NCBI GenBank assembly: GCA_951406725.2
Contig: OX597815.1
Span: 85,064,001-85,128,000, forward strand
Reading direction: 5' to 3'
Source of the DNA: Octopus vulgaris
Lineage: Eukaryota
DNA length: 64,000 bases
Below, piece by piece: positions 50,271 to 63,060 of the stretch (within the stretch, counting starts at the first letter, position 1; each line of letters starts with the position of its first letter). The position numbers were made by a program, and so were the translations under genes. A model generated the notes under the pieces. The model saw nothing but the letters and a program-made list of their open reading frames with translations. It had not been told where the DNA came from and did not search any database.

Positions 50271-53200
50271 TCTTTGAACTTTAATTCATCCGTATCTCTA
50301 TTTATTATTATTATTTATTAATTATTATTATTCTGATCCCCCTAGTCGCCACTCTGTTTACTATTTCAGCCTCGCCTCGTTTTGCATATTCTGTATAATT
50401 CACTAGTTATCGTTATAGATATTTTAAGATCTATCTCCCTTATAGAAATTGGCTGCCGATTCTTCGCGGGGTTTTTCTCTTCCCTTCTCTCCCCCTCTTG
50501 TTACATTGTCGTCTGTCTGGACTCCTCTCTTCCTACCACCCGCCATGGCTATGCATACTTAAGCTAGTAAACTGCCTCATTCTTGATTCCGAATTCCTTT
50601 TGCCAAGTCTGTCCGTAAACGAAGTGATCTCAAGATAAGAAATCTTTGAACTTTAATTCATCCGTATCTCTATTTATTATTATTATTTATTAATTATTAT
50701 TATTCTGATCCCCCTAGTCGCCACTCTGTTTACTATTTCAGCCTCGCCTCGTTTTGCATATTCTGTATAATTCACTAGTTATCGTTATAGATATTTTAAG
50801 ATCTATCTCCCTTATAGAAATTGGCTGCCGATTCTTCGCGGGGTTTTTCTCTTCCCTTCTCTCCCCCTCTTGTTACATTGTCGTCTGTCTGGACTCCTCT
50901 CTTCCTACCACCCGCCATGGCTATGCATACTTAAGCTAGTAAACTGCCTCATTCTTGATTCCGAATTCCTTTTGCCAAGTCTGTCCGTAAACGAAGTGAT
51001 CTCAAGATAAGAAATCTTTGAACTTTAATTCATCCGTATCTCTATTTATTATTATTATTTATTAATTATTATTATTCTGATCCCCCTAGTCGCCACTCTG
51101 TTTACTATTTCAGCCTCGCCTCGTTTTGCATATTCTGTATAATTCACTAGTTATCGTTATAGATATTTTAAGATCTATCTCCCTTATAGAAATTGGCTGC
51201 CGATTCTTCGCGGGGTTTTTCTCTTCCCTTCTCTCCCCCTCTTGTTACATTGTCGTCTGTCTGGACTCCTCTCTTCCTACCACCCGCCATGGCTATGCAT
51301 ACTTAAGCTAGTAAACTGCCTCATTCTTGATTCCGAATTCCTTTTGCCAAGTCTGTCCGTAAACGAAGTGATCTCAAGATAAGAAATCTTTGAACTTTAA
51401 TTCATCCGTATCTCTATTTATTATTATTATTTATTAATTATTATTATTCTGATCCCCCTAGTCGCCACTCTGTTTACTATTTCAGCCTCGCCTCGTTTTG
51501 CATATTCTGTATAATTCACTAGTTATCGTTATAGATATTTTAAGATCTATCTCCCTTATAGAAATTGGCTGCCGATTCTTCGCGGGGTTTTTCTCTTCCC
51601 TTCTCTCCCCCTCTTGTTACATTGTCGTCTGTCTGGACTCCTCTCTTCCTACCACCCGCCATGGCTATGCATACTTAAGCTAGTAAACTGCCTCATTCTT
51701 GATTCCGAATTCCTTTTGCCAAGTCTGTCCGTAAACGAAGTGATCTCAAGATAAGAAATCTTTGAACTTTAATTCATCCGTATCTCTATTTATTATTATT
51801 ATTTATTAATTATTATTATTCTGATCCCCCTAGTCGCCACTCTGTTTACTATTTCAGCCTCGCCTCGTTTTGCATATTCTGTATAATTCACTAGTTATCG
51901 TTATAGATATTTTAAGATCTATCTCCCTTATAGAAATTGGCTGCCGATTCTTCGCGGGGTTTTTCTCTTCCCTTCTCTCCCCCTCTTGTTACATTGTCGT
52001 CTGTCTGGACTCCTCTCTTCCTACCACCCGCCATGGCTATGCATACTTAAGCTAGTAAACTGCCTCATTCTTGATTCCGAATTCCTTTTGCCAAGTCTGT
52101 CCGTAAACGAAGTGATCTCAAGATAAGAAATCTTTGAACTTTAATTCATCCGTATCTCTATTTATTATTATTATTTATTAATTATTATTATTCTGATCCC
52201 CCTAGTCGCCACTCTGTTTACTATTTCAGCCTCGCCTCGTTTTGCATATTCTGTATAATTCACTAGTTATCGTTATAGATATTTTAAGATCTATCTCCCT
52301 TATAGAAATTGGCTGCCGATTCTTCGCGGGGTTTTTCTCTTCCCTTCTCTCCCCCTCTTGTTACATTGTCGTCTGTCTGGACTCCTCTCTTCCTACCACC
52401 CGCCATGGCTATGCATACTTAAGCTAGTAAACTGCCTCATTCTTGATTCCGAATTCCTTTTGCCAAGTCTGTCCGTAAACGAAGTGATCTCAAGATAAGA
52501 AATCTTTGATCTCAATTATTTTATAATCCCCTACTTTTTTAATCTTTGAACTTTAATTCTGATCCGTATCTCTCTATTTATTATTATTATTTATTAATTA
52601 TTATTATTATTCTGATCCCCCTAGTCGCCACTCTGTTTACTATTTCAGCCTCGCCTCGTTTTGCATATTCTGTATAATTCACTAGTTATCGTTATAGATA
52701 TTTTAAGATCTATCTCCCTTATAGAAATTGGCTGCCGATTCTTCGCGGGGTTTTTCTCTTCCCTTCTCTCCCCCTCTTGTTACATTGTCGTCTGTCTGGA
52801 CTCCTCTCTTCCTACCACCCGCCATGGCTATGCATACTTAAGCTAGTAAACTGCCTCATTCTTGATTCCGAATTCCTTTTGCCAAGTCTGTCCGTAAACG
52901 AAGTGATCTCAAGATAAGAAATCTTTGAACTTTAATTCATCCGTATCTCTATTTATTATTATTATTTATTAATTATTATTATTCTGATCCCCCTAGTCGC
53001 CACTCTGTTTACTATTTCAGCCTCGCCTCGTTTTGCATATTCTGTATAATTCACTAGTTATCGTTATAGATATTTTAAGATCTATCTCCCTTATAGAAAT
53101 TGGCTGCCGATTCTTCGCGGGGTTTTTCTCTTCCCTTCTCTCCCCCTCTTGTTACATTGTCGTCTGTCTGGACTCCTCTCTTCCTACCACCCGCCATGGC

Positions 53201-56200
53201 TATGCATACTTAAGCTAGTAAACTGCCTCATTCTTGATTCCGAATTCCTTTTGCCAAGTCTGTCCGTAAACGAAGTGATCTCAAGATAAGAAATCTTTGA
53301 ACTTTAATTCATCCGTATCTCTATTTATTATTATTATTTATTAATTATTATTATTCTGATCCCCCTAGTCGCCACTCTGTTTACTATTTCAGCCTCGCCT
53401 CGTTTTGCATATTCTGTATAATTCACTAGTTATCGTTATAGATATTTTAAGATCTATCTCCCTTATAGAAATTGGCTGCCGATTCTTCGCGGGGTTTTTC
53501 TCTTCCCTTCTCTCCCCCTCTTGTTACATTGTCGTCTGTCTGGACTCCTCTCTTCCTACCACCCGCCATGGCTATGCATACTTAAGCTAGTAAACTGCCT
53601 CATTCTTGATTCCGAATTCCTTTTGCCAAGTCTGTCCGTAAACGAAGTGATCTCAAGATAAGAAATCTTTGAACTTTAATTCATCCGTATCTCTATTTAT
53701 TATTTATTAATTATTATTATTCTGATCCCCCTAGTCGCCACTCTGTTTACTATTTCAGCCTCGCCTCGTTTTGCATATTCTGTATAATTCACTAGTTATC
53801 GTTATAGATATTTTAAGATCTATCTCCCTTATAGAAATTGGCTGCCGATTCTTCGCGGGGTTTTTCTCTTCCCTTCTCTCCCCCTCTTGTTACATTGTCG
53901 TCTGTCTGGACTCCTCTCTTCCTACCACCCGCCATGGCTATGCATACTTAAGCTAGTAAACTGCCTCATTCTTGATTCCGAATTCCTTTTGCCAAGTCTG
54001 TCCGTAAACGAAGTGATCTCAAGATAAGAAATCTTTGAACTTTAATTCATCCGTATCTCTATTTATTATTATTATTTATTAATTATTATTATTCTGATCC
54101 CCCTAGTCGCCACTCTGTTTACTATTTCAGCCTCGCCTCGTTTTGCATATTCTGTATAATTCACTAGTTATCGTTATAGATATTTTAAGATCTATCTCCC
54201 TTATAGAAATTGGCTGCCGATTCTTCGCGGGGTTTTTCTCTTCCCTTCTCTCCCCCTCTTGTTACATTGTCGTCTGTCTGGACTCCTCTCTTCCTACCAC
54301 CCGCCATGGCTATGCATACTTAAGCTAGTAAACTGCCTCATTCTTGATTCCGAATTCCTTTTGCCAAGTCTGTCCGTAAACGAAGTGATCTCAAGATAAG
54401 AAATCTTTGAACTTTAATTCATCCGTATCTCTATTTATTATTATTATTTATTAATTATTATTATTCTGATCCCCCTAGTCGCCACTCTGTTTACTATTTC
54501 AGCCTCGCCTCGTTTTGCATATTCTGTATAATTCACTAGTTATCGTTATAGATATTTTAAGATCTATCTCCCTTATAGAAATTGGCTGCCGATTCTTCGC
54601 GGGGTTTTTCTCTTCCTTCTCTCCCCCTCTTGTTACATTGTCGTCTGTCTGGACTCCTCTCTTCCTACCACCCGCCATGGCTATGCATACTTAAGCTAGT
54701 AAACTGCCTCATTCTTGATTCCGAATTCCTTTTGCCAAGTCTGTCCGTAAACGAAGTGATCTCAAGATAAGAAATCTTTGAACTTTAATTCATCCGTATC
54801 TCTATTTATTATTATTATTTATTAATTATTATTATTCTGATCCCCCTAGTCGCCACTCTGTTTACTATTTCAGCCTCGCCTCGTTTTGCATATTCTGTAT
54901 AATTCACTAGTTATCGTTATAGATATTTTAAGATCTATCTCCCTTATAGAAATTGGCTGCCGATTCTTCGCGGGGTTTTTCTCTTCCCTTCTCTCCCCCT
55001 CTTGTTACATTGTCGTCTGTCTGGACTCCTCTCTTCCTACCACCCGCCATGGCTATGCATACTTAAGCTAGTAAACTGCCTCATTCTTGATTCCGAATTC
55101 CTTTTGCCAAGTCTGTCCGTAAACGAAGTGATCTCAAGATAAGAAATCTTTGAACTTTAATTCATCCGTATCTCTATTTATTATTATTATTTATTAATTA
55201 TTATTATTCTGATCCCCCTAGTCGCCACTCTGTTTACTATTTCAGCCTCGCCTCGTTTTGCATATTCTGTATAATTCACTAGTTATCGTTATAGATATTT
55301 TAAGATCTATCTCCCTTATAGAAATTGGCTGCCGATTCTTCGCGGGGTTTTTCTCTTCCCTTCTCTCCCCCTCTTGTTACATTGTCGTCTGTCTGGACTC
55401 CTCTCTTCCTACCACCCGCCATGGCTATGCATACTTAAGCTAGTAAACTGCCTCATTCTTGATTCCGAATTCCTTTTGCCAAGTCTGTCCGTAAACGAAG
55501 TGATCTCAAGATAAGAAATCTTTGAACTTTAATTCATCCGTATCTCTATTTATTATTATTATTTATTAATTATTATTATTCTGATCCCCCTAGTCGCCAC
55601 TCTGTTTACTATTTCAGCCTCGCCTCGTTTTGCATATTCTGTATAATTCACTAGTTATCGTTATAGATATTTTAAGATCTATCTCCCTTATAGAAATTGG
55701 CTGCCGATTCTTCGCGGGGTTTTTCTCTTCCCTTCTCTCCCCCTCTTGTTACATTGTCGTCTGTCTGGACTCCTCTCTTCCTACCACCCGCCATGGCTAT
55801 GCATACTTAAGCTAGTAAACTGCCTCATTCTTGATTCCGAATTCCTTTTGCCAAGTCTGTCCGTAAACGAAGTGATCTCAAGATAAGAAATCTTTGAACT
55901 TTAATTCATCCGTATCTCTATTTATTATTATTATTTATTAATTATTATTATTCTGATCCCCCTAGTCGCCACTCTGTTTACTATTTCAGCCTCGCCTCGT
56001 TTTGCATATTCTGTATAATTCACTAGTTATCGTTATAGATATTTTAAGATCTATCTCCCTTATAGAAATTGGCTGCCGATTCTTCGCGGGGTTTTTCTCT
56101 TCCCTTCTCTCCCCCTCTTGTTACATTGTCGTCTGTCTGGACTCCTCTCTTCCTACCACCCGCCATGGCTATGCATACTTAAGCTAGTAAACTGCCTCAT

Positions 56201-57205
56201 TCTTGATTCCGAATTCCTTTTGCCAAGTCTGTCCGTAAACGAAGTGATCTCAAGATAAGAAATCTTTGAACTTTAATTCATCCGTATCTCTATTTATTAT
56301 TATTATTTATTAATTATTATTATTCTGATCCCCCTAGTCGCCACTCTGTTTACTATTTCAGCCTCGCCTCGTTTTGCATATTCTGTATAATTCACTAGTT
56401 ATCGTTATAGATATTTTAAGATCTATCTCCCTTATAGAAATTGGCTGCCGATTCTTCGCGGGGTTTTTCTCTTCCCTTCTCTCCCCCTCTTGTTACATTG
56501 TCGTCTGTCTGGACTCCTCTCTTCCTACCACCCGCCATGGCTATGCATACTTAAGCTAGTAAACTGCCTCATTCTTGATTCCGAATTCCTTTTGCCAAGT
56601 CTGTCCGTAAACGAAGTGATCTCAAGATAAGAAATCTTTGAACTTTAATTCATCCGTATCTCTATTTATTATTATTATTTATTAATTATTATTATTCTGA
56701 TCCCCCTAGTCGCCACTCTGTTTACTATTTCAGCCTCGCCTCGTTTTGCATATTCTGTATAATTCACTAGTTATCGTTATAGATATTTTAAGATCTATCT
56801 CCCTTATAGAAATTGGCTGCCGATTCTTCGCGGGGTTTTTCTCTTCCCTTCTCTCCCCCTCTTGTTACATTGTCGTCTGTCTGGACTCCTCTCTTCCTAC
56901 CACCCGCCATGGCTATGCATACTTAAGCTAGTAAACTGCCTCATTCTTGATTCCGAATTCCTTTTGCCAAGTCTGTCCGTAAACGAAGTGATCTCAAGAT
57001 AAGAAATCTTTGAACTTTAATTCATCCGTATCTCTATTTATTATTATTATTTATTAATTATTATTATTCTGATCCCCCTAGTCGCCACTCTGTTTACTAT
57101 TTCAGCCTCGCCTCGTTTTGCATATTCTGTATAATTCACTAGTTATCGTTATAGATATTTTAAGATCTATCTCCCTTATAGAAATTGGCTGCCGATTCTT
57201 CGCGG
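50271..57205. repeat. Tandem array of about 18.5 near-identical 372-bp units
   Basis: Identical 61-aa pseudo-ORF spaced by 372 bp; variant spacings of 419, 366 and 371. Confidence 0.98.
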
Positions 57206-57283
57206 CGCGCCCGCCCTACCCACCCCCACCACCAATACCGGATATCTCTATTTTGCTCCAACTATACCGGATGTCGTTTTCTC

Positions 57284-58128
57284 CCACCACCATTATAGGT
57301 GTCTACTCTTTGAACCCCCTCTTCAATACGCTATTTCACCATGCATTACCCCTCTCTCGATATCCTACGTTCTACTTGCCTAGAACCTGTCCTCTGGACC
57401 ACCCCTCCCACTGGTTCTCACCCCTCCCACTGGTGCTCACCCCTCCCACTGGTGCTCCCCTATATTTCTGCATCCCCCCACCACCATTATAGGTGTCTAC
57501 TCTTTGAACCCCCTCTTCAATACGCTATTTCACCATGCATTACCCCTCTCTCGATATCCTACGTTCTACTTGCCTAGAACCTGTCCTCTGAACCACCCCT
57601 CCCACTGGTGCTCCCCTATATTTCTGCACCCCCCACCACCATTATAGGTGTCTACTCTTTTGAACCCCCTCTTCAATACGCTATTCACCATGCATTACCC
57701 CTCTCTCGATATCCTACGTTCTACTTGCCTAGAACCTGTCCTCTGAACCACCCCTCCCACTGGTGCCCACCCCTCCCACTGGTGCTCCCCTATATTTCTG
57801 CACCCCCCCACCACCACCATAATAGGTGTCTACTCTTTGAACCCCCCTCTTCAATACGCTATTTCACCATGCATTACCCCTCTCTCGATATCCTACGTTC
57901 TACTTGCCTAGAACCTGTCCCCTGAACCACCCCTCCCACTGGTGCTCCCCTATATTTCTGCACCCCCCACCACCATTATAGGTGTCTACTCTTTGAACCC
58001 CCCTCTTCAATACGCTATTTCACCATGCATTACCCCTCTCTCGATATCCTACATTCTACTTGACTAGTACCTGTCCTCTGAACCACCCCTCCCACTGGTG
58101 CTCCCCTATATTTCTGCACCCCCCCCCC
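57284..58128. repeat. Tandem array of five 155-194-bp units with a nested 19-bp VNTR
   Basis: ATAGGTGTCTACTC at about 57295, 57489, 57644, 57822 and 57978; CCCCTCCCACTGGTGCTC occurs 1-3 times per unit. Confidence 0.95.
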
Positions 58129-58379
58129 ATAAAAAGCACCATCCGAACGTGGCCGATGCCAGACCCCTCTGGCACCTGTGCAGGTGGCACGTAAAAAACA
58201 CCCACTACACTCGCGGAGTGGTTGGCGTTAGGAAGGGCATCCAGCTGTAGAAACACTGCCAGACTAGACTGGAGCCTGGGGCAGTCCCGAGCTCCCCAGA
58301 CCCCGGTCGAAACCGTCCAACCCGTGCTAGCGCGGAAAACGGACGTTAAACGATGATGATGATGATGATGATGATGATG
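58129..58379 (+). mobile_element. Young RTE 3' tail with (GAT)n
   Basis: Tail consensus with CpGs intact, followed by a TA tract. Confidence 0.85.
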
Positions 58380-58473
58380 TATATATATATATATATGTAT
58401 GTGTGTGTAGTGTATTGTTCTGTGATGGTGAGATCAACAAAAAAAGTACTCCATCTGGAGAGAGATAAATATC

Positions 58474-58590
58474 ATTTAATAAACACAATATATGTTTTAT
58501 GTGTTACTATTAGTTTCATGCAATAAAACTAATAGTAGCACATAAAACATATATTGTGGTTATTAAATAATATTTCTCATTTTGTATTAT
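58474..58590. repeat. Short fold-back (about 43-bp arms) plus a tail abutting a TA tract
   Basis: CACAATATATGTTTTATGTG.TACTATTAGTTT / AAACTAATAGTA.CACATAAAACATATATTGTG. Confidence 0.7.
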
Positions 58591-59173
58591 ATATATATAT
58601 ATATATACATATTTATATATGAGAAAAAGAAGGCAGTCAGAATTTCATCTGAATCCTGACTTCCTGACTTATATATATGTGTGTGTATGTTGGTTGACCT
58701 GATGCTATAGTAGAAGACACTATAGGTGCTGTGCAGTGGGTCTGAACCCAGAACCATGTGTACAAGAAGCAAACGTCTTACCACACAGCCATGCCTGCAC
58801 CTTCCTAAAAATTAAAAGAAAAAATAAATAAATAACAAAGAGCATTTATTTTGTCAATGCACATTCTTCTACTCTGTAATATGTTTAAACATATTTATGT
58901 GAGGTTAGTTGTGTCAAGAACAGAATTAAGTCAGGAATGTTTTCTAAGGAGTGTTTCTTAAGAAAGCCATTAAAATGAAATAAAATATAGTGTAATTGAA
59001 ACACAGTAGCTCTCAGCCCACGATAGTATCACTAACAACACAGTGTCACAATGTATCACAGACATTCCACAGTGTCACTAACACCAAATTGCACTTATTT
59101 AGTGCTGTACAACTGAACCCACTAGAGTGCTATGAAGCCAGTGCAACACCTGTATTATGTTTCATTTGCTTTA

Positions 59174-59785
59174 CAAGGGAGTGCTGAAAAGTTCCTGGCT
59201 TTGGGTAAAAGAATATACAAGAGGAACAGTTAATTATGATTTAATTAATATATTGGACTGGTGGTACGTAAAAAGCACTATGCGAATCGTGGCCGATGCC
59301 AGCGCCCCCTCGACTGGCTTCCGTGCTGGTGGCACGTAAAAAGTACCATCCGAATCGTGGCCGATGCCAGTGCCGCCTCGACTGGCTTCCGTGCCGGTGG
59401 CGCGTAAAATGCACCAATCCGACCGTGGCCGTTGCCAGCCTCGCCTGGCACCTGTGCAGGTGGCACGTAAAAAGCACCCACTACACTCACGGAGTGGTTG
59501 GCGTTAGGAAGGGCATCCAGCTGTAGAAACATTGCCAGATAAGACTGGAGCCTGGTGAAGCCTTCTGGCTTCCCAGATCCCCGGTCGAACCGTCCAACCT
59601 ATGCTAGCATGGAAAATGGACGTTAAACGATGATGATGATGATGATGATTTCCCCCTCAGATTCACACACTTAATGCAACAGTCCTCCAGTTTTGCTAAG
59701 CCCTGTAAAAGAACGCAGAAGGTTGGTCCTCCAACCAGGTCTTTTGTGATACCCTTAAAGCCAGGAACTTTTGAGCACCCCTTCA
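59174..59785. mobile_element. Mariner-derived MITE interrupted by an RTE tail (about 59257-59649)
   Basis: TA TSD; TIRs AAGGGAGTGCTGAAAAGTTCCTGGCTTT / AAAGCCAGGAACTTTTGAGCACCCCTT. Confidence 0.85.
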
Positions 59786-60049
59786 TACCATACTACAGTG
59801 ATACTTTGAGCTTCTAGTGGTCACTTGACCTGTTAGAAAAAACAGTCAAATCTCCCTCAGATTACATATTTACTGACTTTTAAATGGACACATTATACAA
59901 AGTATCTACATGATATACAAAAAAAAGATGGTGTAGTCATGATCAGCTGGTGGACCTTTAATTATAAGTTCACCCATTGAGAGCTGATCTGAAGCTAAAT
60001 AAGAACAGTTACAGGGACACTTCCTCACAATTGTTCCTCTATCCACTCC

Positions 60050-60305
60050 TGATAATGATAAAGATCCTTCCTGATTCATATAAACTCCTTGGGCCAGTTT
60101 CCTGGTTTCTGTGATGTATACATTCCTCACCTGGATGGGTCAACAGTCCATCACTGGATGACTCATTTCTGCCAGCTAAGTGGACTGGAATAAAGTGAAA
60201 TGAAATGTTTTGCTCAAGAACACAATGTGTCATCCTGCCCAGGGATCAAAACTACTATCTTATGATCCTAAGCCCAACATCCTAACCACTAAGCTACACA
60301 CCTCC
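60050..60305 (-). mobile_element. tRNA-derived SINE (Meta-like)
   Basis: Minus strand GTAGCTTAGTGGTTAGG..TTTGATCCC..TTGTGTTCTTGAGCAAAAC..TCCAGTCCACTTAGCTG. Confidence 0.7.
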
Positions 60306-61528
60306 ATTCTACATACCTTTAATCACAGTATAGTACTATTAATCATACTTCAGTACTGCTGACCTCACAACAGTATCACTAACCTCACTAAAGCACCACT
60401 AACCATACTACAATAACACTAACCACACTACAATGCCACTAACTATGTAACCATACTACTAACAACACTACTGTATCACTTAGAACACCACAAGAAATAG
60501 TAATCAAATCTCCCTCAAATCACACCCAACTATCTTGGAAAAGTAGGGATACATTGGATGACATAGTCTTAATAAGTTACACTGGCAAAACAATAAATAA
60601 ATAGATACCAATAAAAAAAATAATAATAAAAGACAAAAATGATCATGGTTAATCATAGCTCTGTTTGATCAAGGCTGACCTAGTGTTAAACAACAATAAA
60701 AGTTCACTTCTGTGTATCTTGTCTACTGTTTTTACAATATTCTTAGTTTACTTTGTTGTATGTGATCCATTTAAAACTAATGAGTCCATTTATCTCTGTT
60801 CCTCTTATTCCTCCAACACTGGTTTCCAAGCATAGATCTACAGGAACAGAACCACTGTATCCTTTTTTTTTATGGCTTAATCATAGGAGGAAGAGCAGCA
60901 TCTATAACCATTTTTGAAAGCATTCAAGACTGATGGGAAGAAAAAAGGAAGAAATCCCAATTCCCATTTTATATTCAGATTCATGGTTTATGATTAATAT
61001 ACTTGCAAGAAACTGGACTCCACTATGGATCAGGTTGTGGTGTTAGACAGAGTAACAGATTAAGTCTACCACTTAACTGTGCACCATATAACAGCAATTA
61101 GAGAAATGTAAAAATCTAAACTTAATCCTTAATGAGAATACAGATGACTATGTTGAAATGGTGCCAGAGAAGTTACAAGCTCAGCAGTTAAAAATCATGT
61201 TGCTAGCACTGAAAGGTAGACATGTAAAATCATTAGTGCTCACTTCATTTATGACTGCAAACGGGTAACAGTGCAAGTTGATAAGGGCCCAGGAACAGGG
61301 GGTGGTGGTGGAAAATTCAATATTGCACCCCTTACTTACCTTTCTCAGGCTTAGAAAATAGTGTTTAAAAATTGATCTGTAAAAAGTTTCTTGAAGTTAG
61401 GCTTTTTCACAAAGTAAGAACATAGAACTAAAAGAAATAAAAAGAAAATCCCTCAAAGTCCCTAGAAAGATATATTACTGAACTAAGGCATCCTCAACAT
61501 TAAAATTAAAATTATGCATGTGTGTGTG

Positions 61529-61581
<53 letters not shown>

Positions 61582-61582
61582 C

Positions 61583-61630
<48 letters not shown>

Positions 61631-62079
61631 AACAATATTGCAACAACAACAACAACCATGGCCACTCTCTGAATACTAGCACAATTGATGAACTATCAAA
61701 CTCCACAATCAAGAGTCTTTTACAGTTCAGTTATCCACTTGCTCATTTCCTCAAGTGACCCTTATCCACTTGCTCATTTCCACAAGTGACCCTTCATCAT
61801 CATTGTTATCATGTTCTACTGCTACTAAACTTACCACAACTAAACAATAGCAACAACAAGATCAGCAATAGAAGTCACTCTTCAATACTAGAACAATTGA
61901 TGACCTATTAAACTCCAAAATCAAAAGCCCTTCACTAGAGTCAGGCTACTGAAATTCTTCTCAGAATAACACAAGAGATTCATCATCACCATCATCATCC
62001 CATTCTACTGTACTACCATTACTACTATTATTACTTGAATTAGTGAAGAATCACTCATTTCTTCCCCTATTGTCCATCT

Positions 62080-63060
62080 TGATCTGAATGTATACCTGAC
62101 AGCTCCATGATAAATCTGCCAACTGTAAAGAAAAGAAAATTATGAACATAAGAAACCTCAAAATAAGCCGCTATTCTCAACATGAGTGACTATGCATATG
62201 CAGTGACTGTAACTTCACCCATTTTCCTGGAACAAGACACACAGTTCATACAAGCAATACCAGCCAACACCAAACCACACATCTTACAACAGCAACAACA
62301 ACAACAACACCACCAAATGCTAAATCACACATAATAACTTCTGCACATGTAACCCGGAATCCTAAAATCTGTCACTATCTCCAACACAAAAGATTATGTC
62401 TGATGTGTGACTGTCCCTTCTCTCATCTTACAGAGACTTGATGCAATAGTAAAAGCATGACACCAGTCCACCACCAAATCTACAGTAGAAACACCCCTTA
62501 TGGTGGCAGTGTAGGTCCAGACTTTCATTGAAACACAGAAGTCCCTCAGATATCTACTGGATGCAATAGTAAAATTTACAGCCACAAACCATATAACTAC
62601 AACCATACCAACTCCAGAAAACAACCCCTCCCAAAACAAGAAAATTGTTTTTTAGTGATGATGAATGTGACAAAAGAAATTTAAAAAAATTTCTAGCTCT
62701 TATACAGTACCAGCCACTGCTATAACCCCAATGCACAACCACACCATTGCTGATATTAACCCACAATCCCAACTCAATAATAATACCCAGTGTACAAGGT
62801 TTTTCACACTTCACAAGTCAAACAAAGTTTCATATCTTAGAGACCTTGCACAGCAGGAAAAGACAATATGTGCAGCACAAAGTGAAATGCACTTGACCCC
62901 AGATATATTGGATGTGGAAATACATATGTCAGGTTATATACTATTAAGAACTGACTATAGAATATGGAAACAAGGAGAAATAGCGAACTTCATCCAAGAA
63001 GACCTGGCAGCAAATGTCCCCCTCTTCCACTCCAACACAATGTGCAATATACTAATAATG
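62080..63060 (+). pseudogene. CR1/L2-like LINE relic: Cys/His-rich ORF1 remnants and APE endonuclease N-terminus
   Basis: NKVSYLRDL..AAQSEMHLTPDILDVEIHMSGYILLRTD..KQGEIANFI matches the APE pattern ETHL..GY..RxDR..GGV. Confidence 0.65.

Noticed and set aside
52503-52615. Variant array unit as a distinct element
   Set aside because: Looks like scrambled unit sequence, possibly a read or consensus error
50382-57492. Repeated 61-aa ORF as a tandem gene family
   Set aside because: TTG start, no recognisable domain and frameshifted in one unit; a by-product of the satellite
50271-58128. Arrays as CRISPR, 5S or snRNA clusters, or a canonical hammerhead retrozyme
   Set aside because: No unique spacers, no similarity to RNA genes I recognise, and no CTGANGA core on either strand
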